58,766 nucleotides of DNA from an uncultured Anaerolineales bacterium (GTDB lineage: Bacteria > Chloroflexota > Anaerolineae > Anaerolineales > UBA11858). The notes under the pieces are model-generated. The model was not told the origin of the DNA and made no database searches. It saw only the letters and a list, made by a program, of their open reading frames with translations. The position numbers and the translations under genes are program-made. Shown piece by piece: positions 38,130-48,791 of the stretch. The DNA lies in contig CAYUXO010000003.1 in the NCBI GenBank assembly GCA_964448865.1, positions 1 to 58,766 of the forward strand, read 5' to 3'. Position 1 is the first letter of the stretch; the number at the start of each line of letters is the position of its first letter.

Positions 38130-41100
38130 TTACTCCGGCTCAACCCGGAGAGTGATAATTTGGTAGGGTTTGAATGAAATTTCCACCTGATTGCCTTTAA
38201 TATCTAAACTCTTTTGATTTTCTTCCAGGATGTTTGTCTGCCAGGCTTGTTTGATTGGAAATCCGGCAGTCAGGATCGTATGACCCCGCATGCGCTGGCT
38301 TTCATAAAGCCGAATGATCAAACCTTCCCCATCCTGAGGGGCTTTAATGGTCTCGATCACCAGGTTTGGTTGATCCACCTGAACTAGAGAAATTCCGTGT
38401 TCTGTTTCTGCGGGAGCGGATCCTCTTCCTTTCCAAATCATCAGAGGATCATTAATTGCATAAGCTTCTCTGATTGTATCTTCGTCCCAGGATCCCTGAT
38501 GGGGGAACAGGCTGTATGAGAAGTTGTGAACACCAAGATCAGCATCCGGATCCGGGGCTGTTGTTCCCCGCAGCAAAGTCAAACGGATGGTGTTTCCGTG
38601 AATATCGTGACCGTACTTGCAGTCATTCAGCAGGCTTACCCCATAGCCGCCTTCGCTGAGATCAACCCATTTTTGGGCGGCAGTTTCAAAGCGAGCCCAA
38701 TCCCAGCTTGTATTATGATGGGTGGGTCTTTTGACATTGCCCCATTGGATCTCATAGGTAGCCTCAGGCGATAAAACATCCACAGGGAAAGCCGTTTTAA
38801 GAAGTACTTTGCGATCCTGCCAGTAGATTTCAGTTTCGAAGTCAAGGCGGGGGCTGTTATGGTTAAGTGATATCTTCTGAGTATATATGCTGGATAGGAT
38901 TTTCCTGGTAATCAATAAACTGGCTCTTAATGGATCATTGTCCAGCACCTTGATTGAAGAAGCTGGCTCAGCCAGCCAGGATTTGTCGTCATAGAAGATA
39001 TCTATGTCCCAAGCATCCCAGTTGAGCGGCCGATCCTCAAAAGCTATCCACTGGTTTGCTAGGGTTCCTTCTGGAAGTATTTCCCGAGAAGCTATCTTGT
39101 CATAGATGCTGGTGATATCTCCGTTTTTGTTAAACTCAACTTTCAGGAAATCGTTTTCGAGTAAATTCTTTTTGCAGATCAGTTTCCTGGTAACTGTCAT
39201 CTCTGGGTCTGCTTGACCCAGGGGATTGATGCTGTAGGGCGGCAGGGATCCGGACTGTATATATTTATCATCCAAAAGGACAGGTTCATCTCTGACAAAC
39301 GAAGTGGGGTTAATGATCAGGTTGGAGCCAAAATATTTTTCCAGTTCTGTGAGGGCTGTCAAACAGACCTGATTGGCCAGATTTTCAACTTGTTTGTATT
39401 GATCGAGGGACTCCACATAAACCGGGGCAATTGAGCTGCCGGGTAAAATATCATGGAATTGGTTCAGGCATACCAGCTTCCAGGCATTTTCAAGCTCCAG
39501 ATGAGGATATTGGTAGCCAGGAATATATATGGAAGCTGCAGCGGCCAGGAATTCAGCATCGTGCAGGGCAAATTCCATCTTGCGGTTGGCTCTTTTTACC
39601 CGGGCCTGGGTGGTGTAAGTGCCGCGGTGGAATTCCAAGTAAAGTTCGCCATTCCAGATTGGCAGGTTTTCACTGACTTCTTCCAGATCCCGGAAAAAAC
39701 CAATCACTTTTCCTGGTTTAACCCGGGGGGCGCCGGGAAAATCTTCGAGTTCAAGGATATTTTCAATCATCTCCCTGGTGGGTCCACCGCCGCCGTCTCC
39801 CCAACCGAAAGACATTAACATCGGAAGGGATCTTCCAGCCGGGGCATCATCTTTGTTTTGGAAATTGAGCCAGGTGCCCAGAATCTGGCCCGGGGACCCG
39901 TCAGAATTGTAGGTTGAGGCATGGGCACTTTCAGGGTTTTTGGTTGTGCTGAAGTGGGTTAGAACTTTGGTGCCATCCAGCCCCTGCCACCAGAAGGAAT
40001 CAAAGGGCAGGCGGTTGTACTGGCTCCAGCCGATCTTAATGGTGAAAAAGTATTCCATCCCGGCTTCTTTGATCAACTGGGGCAGGTTCCAGGCGTACCC
40101 AAACACATCGGGCAGCCACAGCACCGGGGATTCGGCCTCCGGACCAAAATGCTCGTTGAAAAAACTCCGGCCCAGCAAAAATTGGCGTACTAGAGATTCC
40201 CCGCTGGATATATTACAGTCCGCTTCGACCCACATGCCACCAATGGGTTCCCAACGACCTTCTTTTACGCGATTCTGGATCTCATTAAATATCTCCGGAT
40301 CGTCTTTTTTGAGGAAATCATATAGCTGGGGTTGGCTCTGGGTGAAGCTGAAGGTGGGGAATTTTTCCATTAAACACAGGACGTTTGTGAAAGAGCGGCG
40401 GGATTTCTGACGGGTTTGGTCGAGAGTCCAGAGCCAGGCAACGTCAATGTGGGCGTGACCAATTGCGGTGAGATCCACGTCGAGTGCAGATCCGGCTTGA
40501 TCCAGACCAGCGTTTAATAGTTGATGAGCTGCCCCAATAGAGCTATAAAATTCCTCCCCGATAGGCAGCCGTAAATCCACCAGTTTCAAAGCATCATCCA
40601 GGGATGTTAGTAAATGATAATAGCTGGGATCTTGTCGATTCAGGTGTTTAGCGATGCCGATTGTGACCCGGGACGTTGCCAGGAAGGCCCGGGTTTCAAG
40701 GTGAACTTGAACCAGTTCGGGAGAACCCATTTTGAGCCGATTGCTCATATCACCCACAGTTGAACCGCCGATACCGGTCCAGCCAATCAGGATCAGCTGA
40801 TGGTCTTTGCCATTATTAACTTCACCAGGTAGAAGGACTTCCTGGTGATGGCGGTCGCAAGAAGCAATACGTTTGCCGTCCAGATAAACCAGAGCTTCAG
40901 GATGAGAAAAATCCCAGGAAACTCCAATGGGCAGATAGAGTGCCAGGGGTCCGCCCGTTATATTCCAATCCGATGGAATCCGGAAACTTGTTTTAAGAGC
41001 AAAATCAGTCCGGGGTGCAGCCCAGTAGCTCTGATGTGGGATGATTTGCAATTTAATATCCCCCGGTTCGACTTCTGCAGGGGATAATCCGGGGCGGTCC

Positions 41101-41213
41101 AGTTCCCGGTAAGAAAAAAGAGGGAGTGGTTCCCGTTGATGGTAAACCAGTCCCTCAATTTCTTTCAGACGGAGACTGATTTTTTCCAGTGTAAATCGGA
41201 TCTGGTGACGCAT
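38130..41213 (-). CDS. GH38 alpha-mannosidase
   Basis: GHAHIDVAWLW, GGMWVEAD, WLPDVFGY, ELYLEFHRGTYT, NQFHDILPGSSI. Confidence 0.95.
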   Translation of the reverse strand: MRHQIRFTLEKISLRLKEIEGLVYHQREPLPLFSYRELDRPGLSPAEVEPGDIKLQIIPHQSYWAAPRTDFALKTSFRIPSDWNITGGPLALYLPIGVSWDFSHPEALVYLDGKRIASCDRHHQEVLLPGEVNNGKDHQLILIGWTGIGGSTVGDMSNRLKMGSPELVQVHLETRAFLATSRVTIGIAKHLNRQDPSYYHLLTSLDDALKLVDLRLPIGEEFYSSIGAAHQLLNAGLDQAGSALDVDLTAIGHAHIDVAWLWTLDQTRQKSRRSFTNVLCLMEKFPTFSFTQSQPQLYDFLKKDDPEIFNEIQNRVKEGRWEPIGGMWVEADCNISSGESLVRQFLLGRSFFNEHFGPEAESPVLWLPDVFGYAWNLPQLIKEAGMEYFFTIKIGWSQYNRLPFDSFWWQGLDGTKVLTHFSTTKNPESAHASTYNSDGSPGQILGTWLNFQNKDDAPAGRSLPMLMSFGWGDGGGGPTREMIENILELEDFPGAPRVKPGKVIGFFRDLEEVSENLPIWNGELYLEFHRGTYTTQARVKRANRKMEFALHDAEFLAAAASIYIPGYQYPHLELENAWKLVCLNQFHDILPGSSIAPVYVESLDQYKQVENLANQVCLTALTELEKYFGSNLIINPTSFVRDEPVLLDDKYIQSGSLPPYSINPLGQADPEMTVTRKLICKKNLLENDFLKVEFNKNGDITSIYDKIASREILPEGTLANQWIAFEDRPLNWDAWDIDIFYDDKSWLAEPASSIKVLDNDPLRASLLITRKILSSIYTQKISLNHNSPRLDFETEIYWQDRKVLLKTAFPVDVLSPEATYEIQWGNVKRPTHHNTSWDWARFETAAQKWVDLSEGGYGVSLLNDCKYGHDIHGNTIRLTLLRGTTAPDPDADLGVHNFSYSLFPHQGSWDEDTIREAYAINDPLMIWKGRGSAPAETEHGISLVQVDQPNLVIETIKAPQDGEGLIIRLYESQRMRGHTILTAGFPIKQAWQTNILEENQKSLDIKGNQVEISFKPYQIITLRVEPE

Positions 41214-41262
41214 AGGTCCTCGTTATCAATCTTCGCCAATCATCTAGGTTATAAAATCTGCC

Positions 41263-42354
41263 TCAGTCGTTGATAACCAGGGTGCTCTCAGGATCAAAGA
41301 ACCGCAGCGTCTCTTGTTTGAAATCCAAATGGATATTAGAACCAGCAGCGATCTTGGGAACGGCAGGCGCTACAGCTTTGATAATTATATCGTCCAACTC
41401 GATGGCAACAACCTGGTGAGAACCCTGGGGTTCAGATACCAGGCAGCTGGCGGATAGAGCGGCATCCTCTGCGTTCACAAGCAGGATATTTTCAGGTCGT
41501 ATACCCAGGATTAAATTGTCCTTTTTGTAGCCATTCAGAGATTTGGCAATCTCGGGTTCCACAAGCAAATTGAGATGTGGATTTACCAGGTGGGTGCCGT
41601 CAGACTCCTTTTTAATCTCCACATCTAGAAAATTTGTGGGTGGGGTTCCGATGAAATCTGCCACAAAGATAGATACGCTGCGGTGATAAACATCATCAGG
41701 AGTGCCAACCTGGACCACTTCGCCATCCTTCATGATCACGATCCGGTCTGCCATACTCATTGCTTCTGATTGATCATGGGTCACAAATACGGTGGTGGCA
41801 GCAGCTTTATCATGGATGGCTTTGAGCTCAGTCCGCATCGAAACTCGAAGTTTTGCGTCCAGATTAGAGAGAGGTTCGTCCATCAAGAAAATATCAGGGT
41901 TAACCGCAATAGCCCGGGCGACAGCCACACGCTGCTGCTGTCCTCCAGAAAGCTGGGAGGGCAAACGATCCAACAACATATCAATCTTAGCCATGCCGGA
42001 GGTTTCTTTAACGATCTTGTCGATCTCATCTTTGCTCATGTTTTTAAGCTTAAGCGCAAAGGCGATATTTTCGTAGACGGTCATATGGGGCCAAACAGCA
42101 TAATTCTGGAAGATCATGCTGACATTGCGCTTACGGGGAGGTAGTTCAGTGACCTCGCGGTCGCCAATGAAGATATTACCGGAAGTCACCTCCTCCAGCC
42201 CGGCGACCATGCGCATGGCGGTGGTTTTACCACAGCCTGATGGTCCGAGCAGAACCAGGAATTCACGTTCTTTCACTTCCAGATTAAATTCCTTGACGGC
42301 GATCACATTTCGGCCAAATATTTTAGTGACATTTTGCATAGTTAAAGTTGCCAT
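41263..42354 (-). CDS. Sugar ABC ATPase (MalK/UgpC-type)
   Basis: [29 protein letters not shown]. Confidence 0.93.
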   Translation of the reverse strand: MATLTMQNVTKIFGRNVIAVKEFNLEVKEREFLVLLGPSGCGKTTAMRMVAGLEEVTSGNIFIGDREVTELPPRKRNVSMIFQNYAVWPHMTVYENIAFALKLKNMSKDEIDKIVKETSGMAKIDMLLDRLPSQLSGGQQQRVAVARAIAVNPDIFLMDEPLSNLDAKLRVSMRTELKAIHDKAAATTVFVTHDQSEAMSMADRIVIMKDGEVVQVGTPDDVYHRSVSIFVADFIGTPPTNFLDVEIKKESDGTHLVNPHLNLLVEPEIAKSLNGYKKDNLILGIRPENILLVNAEDAALSASCLVSEPQGSHQVVAIELDDIIIKAVAPAVPKIAAGSNIHLDFKQETLRFFDPESTLVIND

Positions 42355-42363
42355 AGTTTTCTC

Positions 42364-43428
42364 CTAAATGGTCATGCCGCCCCACATCTGCTGGATATAC
42401 TTGCGGATGAAGAAGGTAAATATCAAAGAGGGAATCGCCAATACTAAACCGCCTGCCGCAGCCAGGTTAACATTGCCTACAGCACCGAGTAGAGACTGGT
42501 AGACAACAACAGGAAAGGTGGGATTGAACTGGGTCAATATTATGGCGGAAACTGTTTCGGTCCAGGCACCTAAAAAAGCGTACATGGCTGCAGCCGCCAA
42601 CCCTGGCAAAGCTAGGGGGAAGGTGACCCGAAGGAAAGTCTGCCATTTTGTAGCTCCAAAGACCTGGGCAGCTTCCTCCAGCGATTCAGGAATCCCCATA
42701 AAGATGCTGGCTGTGATCCAGATCGTTAGTGCAATGGATCCCACTGAGTACACCAAGGTAAGACCTATCGGTTTGTCATAAAAACCCATATTGGCCAGGA
42801 TTATCACCATCGGCAAAGCGATAGCCACTCCAGGGAACATGCGCACAAAAAGTACGCTGAATTTTAGCGCATCCCTCCCGGCGAAAACGTAGCGGGCAAA
42901 AGCGTAGCCAGCCATGCCGCCGATAGAGAGTGAAACCAGAATAGTTAGACCTGCGATTTGAAGACTTCGTAATAGGGCTGGTACAGCATCCCGGGTTATT
43001 TGAAAGAATGTGGTGTAGTTTAGAAGGAGATCCTTGCGGGCACTGAAATAAATAGTATCATCTGGTCCACCTTCAAGCTCAGCGATCCGGTCCTCGATTT
43101 GAGGGATGGTGTAAGGTGTACCGATCTGGGATTTCATGTAGACCGACATTTTTTCCAGTTCGGCTGTATCCAGAACGGTCTGATATTCCTTATCAAAATT
43201 GTCATAGACACTGAGAAGGTAGCCGCGATCGCTGTGGGTAAGAGAATATTCTGTTTTCAGGGATGGTAGAAGAGGTAAGGGAAATTGGTAAGCTTCCCGG
43301 GTGCTTAAAAATGAGAGGGAAACCAGGAAGAATGCCGGGAGTATGATGCTAACTGCCAGGGTGACAATAAATAGATAAAAGATCGTCCGACGGACTAATC
43401 TTCCAATTTTGATGGGATTTTTGTTCAT
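42364..43428 (-). CDS. Sugar ABC permease
   Basis: IPESLEEAAQVFGA EAA loop. Confidence 0.9.
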   Translation of the reverse strand: MNKNPIKIGRLVRRTIFYLFIVTLAVSIILPAFFLVSLSFLSTREAYQFPLPLLPSLKTEYSLTHSDRGYLLSVYDNFDKEYQTVLDTAELEKMSVYMKSQIGTPYTIPQIEDRIAELEGGPDDTIYFSARKDLLLNYTTFFQITRDAVPALLRSLQIAGLTILVSLSIGGMAGYAFARYVFAGRDALKFSVLFVRMFPGVAIALPMVIILANMGFYDKPIGLTLVYSVGSIALTIWITASIFMGIPESLEEAAQVFGATKWQTFLRVTFPLALPGLAAAAMYAFLGAWTETVSAIILTQFNPTFPVVVYQSLLGAVGNVNLAAAGGLVLAIPSLIFTFFIRKYIQQMWGGMTI

Positions 43429-44336
43429 TGGGCTGCCTCCTTTTTTCCCCCAAAAGCTCCTGAGATTCTGAGGTATAACAGGGCAGCCATGGAAACGATA
43501 AAGGAGACAATGATGGCGTATCCACTGGCCATCTGTAAGCTGATGTCCAAGTTTGGTACTTCCTTATAATAATAAACAATGCGCTCTACGAGCACAGGTA
43601 TGCGGGAGAATCCAACCAGCAGCACGATAATCAACCAAATTTGGATGGCAGATATCAAACGTAGAATGACAGCTGTCTGGATGGTCGGTCCTAGCAGGGG
43701 CATAGTGATTTTGCGGAGCACAGTTATAAAATTCCCACCAAAGACATACCCGGCTTCGATAGTTTCCTCCGGAATATTTTGCAGACCAGCCAGCAGGATG
43801 ATCATCATCGAGGGAATCACCTGCCAGGCATCAATCAAGATGACCAAAGCCAACAACTTCCATTCTGAGCCGGCCAGCCAGTAGATCTTTGCGCCTTCAG
43901 CAATAATACCTAGATAATAGAGCAGGCTGTTAATCCAGCCATGGGCGGTAAAGCCAGTCAACCACATGGCAGCGACTGCAACTGCCGGCAGCGCCATGGG
44001 GATCATGGCCACAAACAAGAAGATGGTGGAACCGGCGAATTTCCGGTTAATCAACAAGGCCAGAAATAACGCGCCAAAAAATTCCAAGGTGACTGAAAAA
44101 ACAACAATAATAGCAGTATTTCGAAGTGCGGGCATGAAGTTGGGATCTGTAAATACCATCATATAGTTCTGGAATGTAAAAGTCCCAGCCGCACTCTGGA
44201 AACTTTCATATATCGTTATCAGGACCGGACGGACCCAGAAAAAGATGTAATAGATCACAACTGGAGCGATCAGTAAATAGGGAACTGCTTTTGATCCGAG
44301 GTCACGAAACCTTTTCGCGGGAGCGGCAGCGGACAT
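43425..44336 (-). CDS. Sugar ABC permease
   Basis: AGLQNIPEETIEAGYVFG; ATG 44336 chosen. Confidence 0.9.
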   Translation of the reverse strand: MSAAAPAKRFRDLGSKAVPYLLIAPVVIYYIFFWVRPVLITIYESFQSAAGTFTFQNYMMVFTDPNFMPALRNTAIIVVFSVTLEFFGALFLALLINRKFAGSTIFLFVAMIPMALPAVAVAAMWLTGFTAHGWINSLLYYLGIIAEGAKIYWLAGSEWKLLALVILIDAWQVIPSMMIILLAGLQNIPEETIEAGYVFGGNFITVLRKITMPLLGPTIQTAVILRLISAIQIWLIIVLLVGFSRIPVLVERIVYYYKEVPNLDISLQMASGYAIIVSFIVSMAALLYLRISGAFGGKKEAAQ

Positions 44337-44358
44337 AGGAAATCCTTTGTCTAATGAA

Positions 44359-44386
44359 GGATAGGACCGGTTTCCCGGTCCTATCC
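44359..44386 (-). terminator. Intercistronic stem-loop after the binding-protein gene
   Basis: GGATAGGACCGG-TTTC-CCGGTCCTATCC. Confidence 0.7.
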
Positions 44387-44408
44387 ATTCAACTAACATT
44401 GGTACAAA

Positions 44409-45728
44409 TTACTTCAGCAGGGCGACAATGCAGGCTTCTGCTTCGTCGAGTCTTTCCTGGGTAACATCAAGTCCAGCTAGAATTGTGTCTTCGAAAACAT
44501 CATCGTAGCAGGCTTTGACTGCACCCCAATCCTGGTAGAGGTAAGCGGGAACACCCGAAACCACACCATTGTTGAGGACCAGAACGGCTTTGTTGATGAC
44601 CTCGTCAATGGCTTCATCGCCCAGGTACTCACGGGCTTCTTCCACGGGGGGAATGAATCCGCCAGTTCCTTTAGCGAGTTTCACCTGGATATCAGGTCGG
44701 GTCAGGTACTCTAGGAAGGAGAGAGCCAGATCATAATTGGCGGTGCCTTTCATGATTGCGTATCCTGAGACGCCAGCAATGCTACCGATACCTGCAGGTC
44801 CTGAGGGAGCGGGAGCCAGGGTGAATGCGGTTTCATTAGAAGCATAGACCTGTCCAGCACGTGCGTTGTGGAAGACTGTTAACCAAGTTTCTTCGCGCAT
44901 CATGGGGTCCACACAGCTGTCGATGTTGAGAACGGTGGGTATAAATCCACCGCCTTTACCAATGGTTTCCCAAACTTTCCAGGCACCCATGGCTCCAGCC
45001 GAGGAGACATCGGGGAAGCCGGCACCATAGGACAGGCCGGTGCCACCGAACATGTACACCCAGGATTTGGATGGAATACCGGTGATGCAGACTTTGCCTT
45101 CACCTTCACCTTCTGCGATAGCGACAGCCCAGGCAGCATACTGTTCCCAGGTGATGGCATCGAGATCCACGCCGTCCGGCACGTAAGGCAGGGCTTTGTT
45201 GTTGGCTAACAGCAGGTAGACATCAGCGCCAACGGGCAAGAAGTACTGCACACCGTCTCTGTTGGTGTCTGTGATGAACGCCTCACTGAAAGTGCGGTCA
45301 TCCCAACTGGCGACAACATCGGTCAGATCCATTACCCAACCATTATCAATCCAATTGGGCATGGAGCCGTTGTGGGACACGATAATGTCGGTGGTCACAT
45401 GATTGGTGGTCTGCTGAACTTCTGCTCGGTCAAGCAGGGTCTGGTCATCAATGATCTGGAAGTTAACGGTTACTCCGTGCTCTTCCTCAAAAGGTTTAAT
45501 GATCTCATTGATGAAGAACAGCTGCTCGGCGGGGGGGCTGAACAATCGGGAAGAGAAGACCAGGGTCTTGGAAGCAACCTCAACCATGACTTCTTCTGTC
45601 ACGACTTCTGTGATTGTTTCGCCTTCTACTTCAACAATCACTGTTTCGACGATGGTTTCTGGCTGGCAGGCAGTCAGGAGCAAAGCGCCAGCGAGAACGA
45701 TCGCCATAACGATAGAAAACTTCTTCAT
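44409..45728 (-). CDS. Sugar ABC substrate-binding lipoprotein
   Basis: LLTAC lipobox, V/E/T-rich linker, FLEYLTRPDIQ. Confidence 0.9.
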   Translation of the reverse strand: MKKFSIVMAIVLAGALLLTACQPETIVETVIVEVEGETITEVVTEEVMVEVASKTLVFSSRLFSPPAEQLFFINEIIKPFEEEHGVTVNFQIIDDQTLLDRAEVQQTTNHVTTDIIVSHNGSMPNWIDNGWVMDLTDVVASWDDRTFSEAFITDTNRDGVQYFLPVGADVYLLLANNKALPYVPDGVDLDAITWEQYAAWAVAIAEGEGEGKVCITGIPSKSWVYMFGGTGLSYGAGFPDVSSAGAMGAWKVWETIGKGGGFIPTVLNIDSCVDPMMREETWLTVFHNARAGQVYASNETAFTLAPAPSGPAGIGSIAGVSGYAIMKGTANYDLALSFLEYLTRPDIQVKLAKGTGGFIPPVEEAREYLGDEAIDEVINKAVLVLNNGVVSGVPAYLYQDWGAVKACYDDVFEDTILAGLDVTQERLDEAEACIVALLK

Positions 45729-45825
45729 TTTTTCCTCCGTGCATCTAAATAGTGACTAACTAACAACTCTGATAAAGTGTCAAACTATCTTCGAGATTAC
45801 CACCTCCTTTTCATGAGACATAAAG

Positions 45826-46845
45826 TTAATTTTTTGTTCCGATAGTAGATTGCCGAACCATCAAGGAAGGCTGCAGAATAATTTGCTTCTGCTCCAAAGG
45901 TTCAGCACGGATCTGTTTGATTAACATTTCGCAGACCATTTCTCCGATCTGGTAGATGGGCTGGTGGACAGTGGTGAGCGGGGGATGACAGTGTTCGGCC
46001 AGGGGTATGTTGTCAAACCCGGTGATAGCGACATCGTCCCCGACTTCGAGTCCAAGCTGCTGGGCTGCACTGATTGCTCCCAGGGCCATGAGATCGTTGC
46101 TGGCGATGATGGCGGTGGGAGGATTTTCCAGGGTAAGCAAGTCAGTTGCCAGCTGATAACCGGCCCGTTGGGTCATATCGCCGGTAAGTATCAGCTCTTG
46201 ATCCACATTTAATCCGTTATCTTTTAATCCGGCCAGGAAACCCTGGCGGCGGTAATGGGCAAACATGAACTGCTCCGGGGCATCCAGGTAGGCAATGCGT
46301 TTATGTCCCAGGTCTGCCAGGTGGTAGGTGATCAAGCTCATACCGTATTCACCATCTTCATCGACATAAGCATAATCATTGTTATTGAGCATACGACCGA
46401 AGGCCACGAAAGGAATGCCCATCTGGGAGAGGTATTTAATGCGCTGATCCTGCTTCCGGGTGCGGACGATAATAAAACCGTCCACCCGGGGACTGTGCAC
46501 ATTTTTATCATAGGCTTGAAGCTCCATGGTGCCCGGCGGGCGGGTGGAGACCAGCAAGTCAAAACCCAGCTCAGCAGCCTGGTTGCCGATGCCAGCTAAA
46601 AATTCACTGAAAAAGGGATCCGAAAATCGCGGTCCATAGGTAGGTATAATGAAGCCGATGGTATCGGTGCTCTTTTTTTGCAGGCGCTGAGCATGAATAT
46701 TGGGAGTGTAGCCAAGTTCTTCGGCGATGGAGCGCACCTCAGCCTTGGTTTTTGGACTGACATCATCAAAGTCGTGTAATGCCCGGGAGACAGTGGTTAC
46801 TGATTTACCGACCCGCTGGGCAATATCTTTGAGTGTAATGGTCAT
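45826..46845 (-). CDS. LacI-family transcriptional regulator
   Basis: TLKDIAQRVGKSVTTVSRAL, YTPN, NDLMALG, GFDN, PPLTTV. Confidence 0.95.
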   Translation of the reverse strand: MTITLKDIAQRVGKSVTTVSRALHDFDDVSPKTKAEVRSIAEELGYTPNIHAQRLQKKSTDTIGFIIPTYGPRFSDPFFSEFLAGIGNQAAELGFDLLVSTRPPGTMELQAYDKNVHSPRVDGFIIVRTRKQDQRIKYLSQMGIPFVAFGRMLNNNDYAYVDEDGEYGMSLITYHLADLGHKRIAYLDAPEQFMFAHYRRQGFLAGLKDNGLNVDQELILTGDMTQRAGYQLATDLLTLENPPTAIIASNDLMALGAISAAQQLGLEVGDDVAITGFDNIPLAEHCHPPLTTVHQPIYQIGEMVCEMLIKQIRAEPLEQKQIILQPSLMVRQSTIGTKN

Positions 46846-46864
46846 AAGTGGGAGATATCCTTGA

Positions 46865-46918
46865 CCCAAAACGTTTAAGTTATACTTGAATAATAACCCA
46901 AAACGTTTTGGATTTCAA
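46865..46918 (-). promoter_or_regulatory. Promoter with two LacI-type operators
   Basis: Minus strand TTGAAA-17 nt-TATTAT; perfect palindrome CCAAAACGTTTTGG (46898-46911) in the spacer and CCAAAACGTTT at 46866-46876. Confidence 0.8.
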
Positions 46919-47010
46919 TATTGTGGGGGAAAATCAGGATATAAATCACATTTTCCGTACCTGTAGAGGAAGGTTTATTGAGCGGCAGCAGTTGTGGGGG
47001 AGGAAAAGGC

Positions 47011-47153
47011 AGTAAGTAGGTAAGGTGTAAGGCGTGAGGGCGACCCGCCGGGTCGCCCTTTTTGTTTGTCTTTGCGAGGGAGCCGAAGGCGGACGAAGCA
47101 ATCCCCTCTCCAGGAGATTGCCACGGGTGCTATGCACTCTCGCAATGACAAAC
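47011..47153. repeat. REP-like hairpin plus MITE-like inverted pair
   Basis: AGGGCGACCCgccGGGTCGCCCT (47037-47059); GTTTGTCTTTGCGAG..GAAGCAATCCC..GGAGATTGCCACG..CTCGCAATGACAAAC (47064-47153). Confidence 0.75.
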
Positions 47154-47249
47154 AGTCTTCAGTCCTCCGTCACCGGTCTTTTTATAGGTACCTTTCGTGT
47201 TCTTAGGTTAGAATAGATACAATCAAAAAAACACCGAAGGAACTCACTC

Positions 47250-48164
47250 ATGATCTCAAAGCGCTCCCTAATTTACATCATCCTAATCACTCTGCTCTCC
47301 CTCTCTCTGGCTTGCTCCCTTACGGGGACGGCTGAAGAAAGACCAGAAAATCCTCCCGATATACCATTAGATGGTGATACGATTGCCACCGCCGTGGCGG
47401 CAACCCTGGCTGCGGTCCAGGCCGCTGATGGCGAAAATCCACCTCCCACGATCCATCCTACAGTAACGGCGGGAGCGCCCCCTGCGCCGGAAGTGAATTC
47501 TACTTGTGCCGGTCTGAGTTTTTATTTCAATGATTTATTGGCGGATGATTTCACAGCGGAAATCATACCTGGTGAGTACGATGCCAATAATACCTGGTGG
47601 AGCAAACCGGAACACAGTGAGTGTGTTTTTAACAACTGGGTACTGCCGGATGGTTTTCATACACCAACGATCAGAATCTACTCAGTGGCGGATTACAAGG
47701 CCATCAATGAAAATGTCAGCGAAGGAATGGACGGGTTGTTAACTGCTTTTGACACCCAACCGCAGGATCATGCCGGATTGTTTGTGCCGGATCTGTATAA
47801 CGCGGGACAATTATTCCAGGCCCAGGTGAAATACCTGGATTTTCAGAACGGGAGCGGAGCCCGCTGGCTCAGCCAGTACGGTCAAGCTTATTATGCGATT
47901 GGTACGCCCTATTTGTTTTATACTTTCCAGGGATTTACGGATGACGGCTTGTATTACATCAGTATTATTTTTCCAGTGACCCATTCCAGTCTGTCGCAAA
48001 ACACTGATAATGTCACCATGGATGATGCTTTTTATGAGAATTATGCAGCTTATGTAGAAGAAACCAGGCTGGAGCTGAATACCAGTGCCGATAACAGCTT
48101 TGCGCCCTCACTGGTGCTGCTGGATCAGCTGGTGGAGTCGATGCTGGTGGAAGGAATGCCGTAG
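47250..48164 (+). CDS. Hypothetical lipoprotein
   Basis: LSLAC lipobox, TAVAATL and Pro-rich linker, globular domain (FQNGSGARWL, YTFQGFTDDG). Confidence 0.75.
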   Translation: MISKRSLIYIILITLLSLSLACSLTGTAEERPENPPDIPLDGDTIATAVAATLAAVQAADGENPPPTIHPTVTAGAPPAPEVNSTCAGLSFYFNDLLADDFTAEIIPGEYDANNTWWSKPEHSECVFNNWVLPDGFHTPTIRIYSVADYKAINENVSEGMDGLLTAFDTQPQDHAGLFVPDLYNAGQLFQAQVKYLDFQNGSGARWLSQYGQAYYAIGTPYLFYTFQGFTDDGLYYISIIFPVTHSSLSQNTDNVTMDDAFYENYAAYVEETRLELNTSADNSFAPSLVLLDQLVESMLVEGMP

Positions 48165-48179
48165 GGCAGCAATCAGGAA

Positions 48180-48750
48180 AAAAAGTAAGTAGTAAGTCAG
48201 CAATCAGTAGGGGCGACCCGAACAGAAAGTAAGTATTGAGCAGTAAACCAGTAATCAATAAGGGCGACCCGGCGGGTCGCCCTTGTTTATTAACATTGCG
48301 AGGAGTTCGAAGAACGGCGAAGCAATCTCCTGACATGGTAAGGGATGGAATGAATTCCTCCCTGCAGGCGGAGCCGAATGTCGACCTCCGTCGACGTTTA
48401 AGGTTAAAACTGAGATTATATTCCCCACAGTTTGTCATTCTGGGTCCTTTGCGGTGAGGAGTATCAGATAACGATATGCTTATATTTAAAAATTTATTTC
48501 CTGGTTTGGGAAAAACCGCCCTGGGGGCGGTTCGGGTTTCGGATCACCTTTCTAGGAGATTGCCACGCCAGCTTTCAGCTGGCTCGCAATGACAGTAATT
48601 TATGAATCAGAAAATCCCTCTTGCGAGGGGTCTCTGTTTCTAATATAGTAGTCAGTAAATCCAACCTTTTAACCTTCCACACCCTGGCTCTAGCGGGAGC
48701 GCCAGCTCCTGCGTTAATCTTACTCGGGAGAGCTGGCGCTCTCCCGAGAG
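48180..48750. repeat. Intergenic mosaic of nested palindromic repeats
   Basis: Heptamers, GGGCGACCCggcGGGTCGCCC, CATTGCGAGG..GAAGCAATCTCC and its inverse at ~48555-48594, 48338-48397 (matches 55249-55309), 48695-48745 (matches 33348-33397). Confidence 0.75.
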
Positions 48751-48791
48751 CATATTAAATCCGTCCCCCGTCTTCGGTCAGCGGTGCGTCC

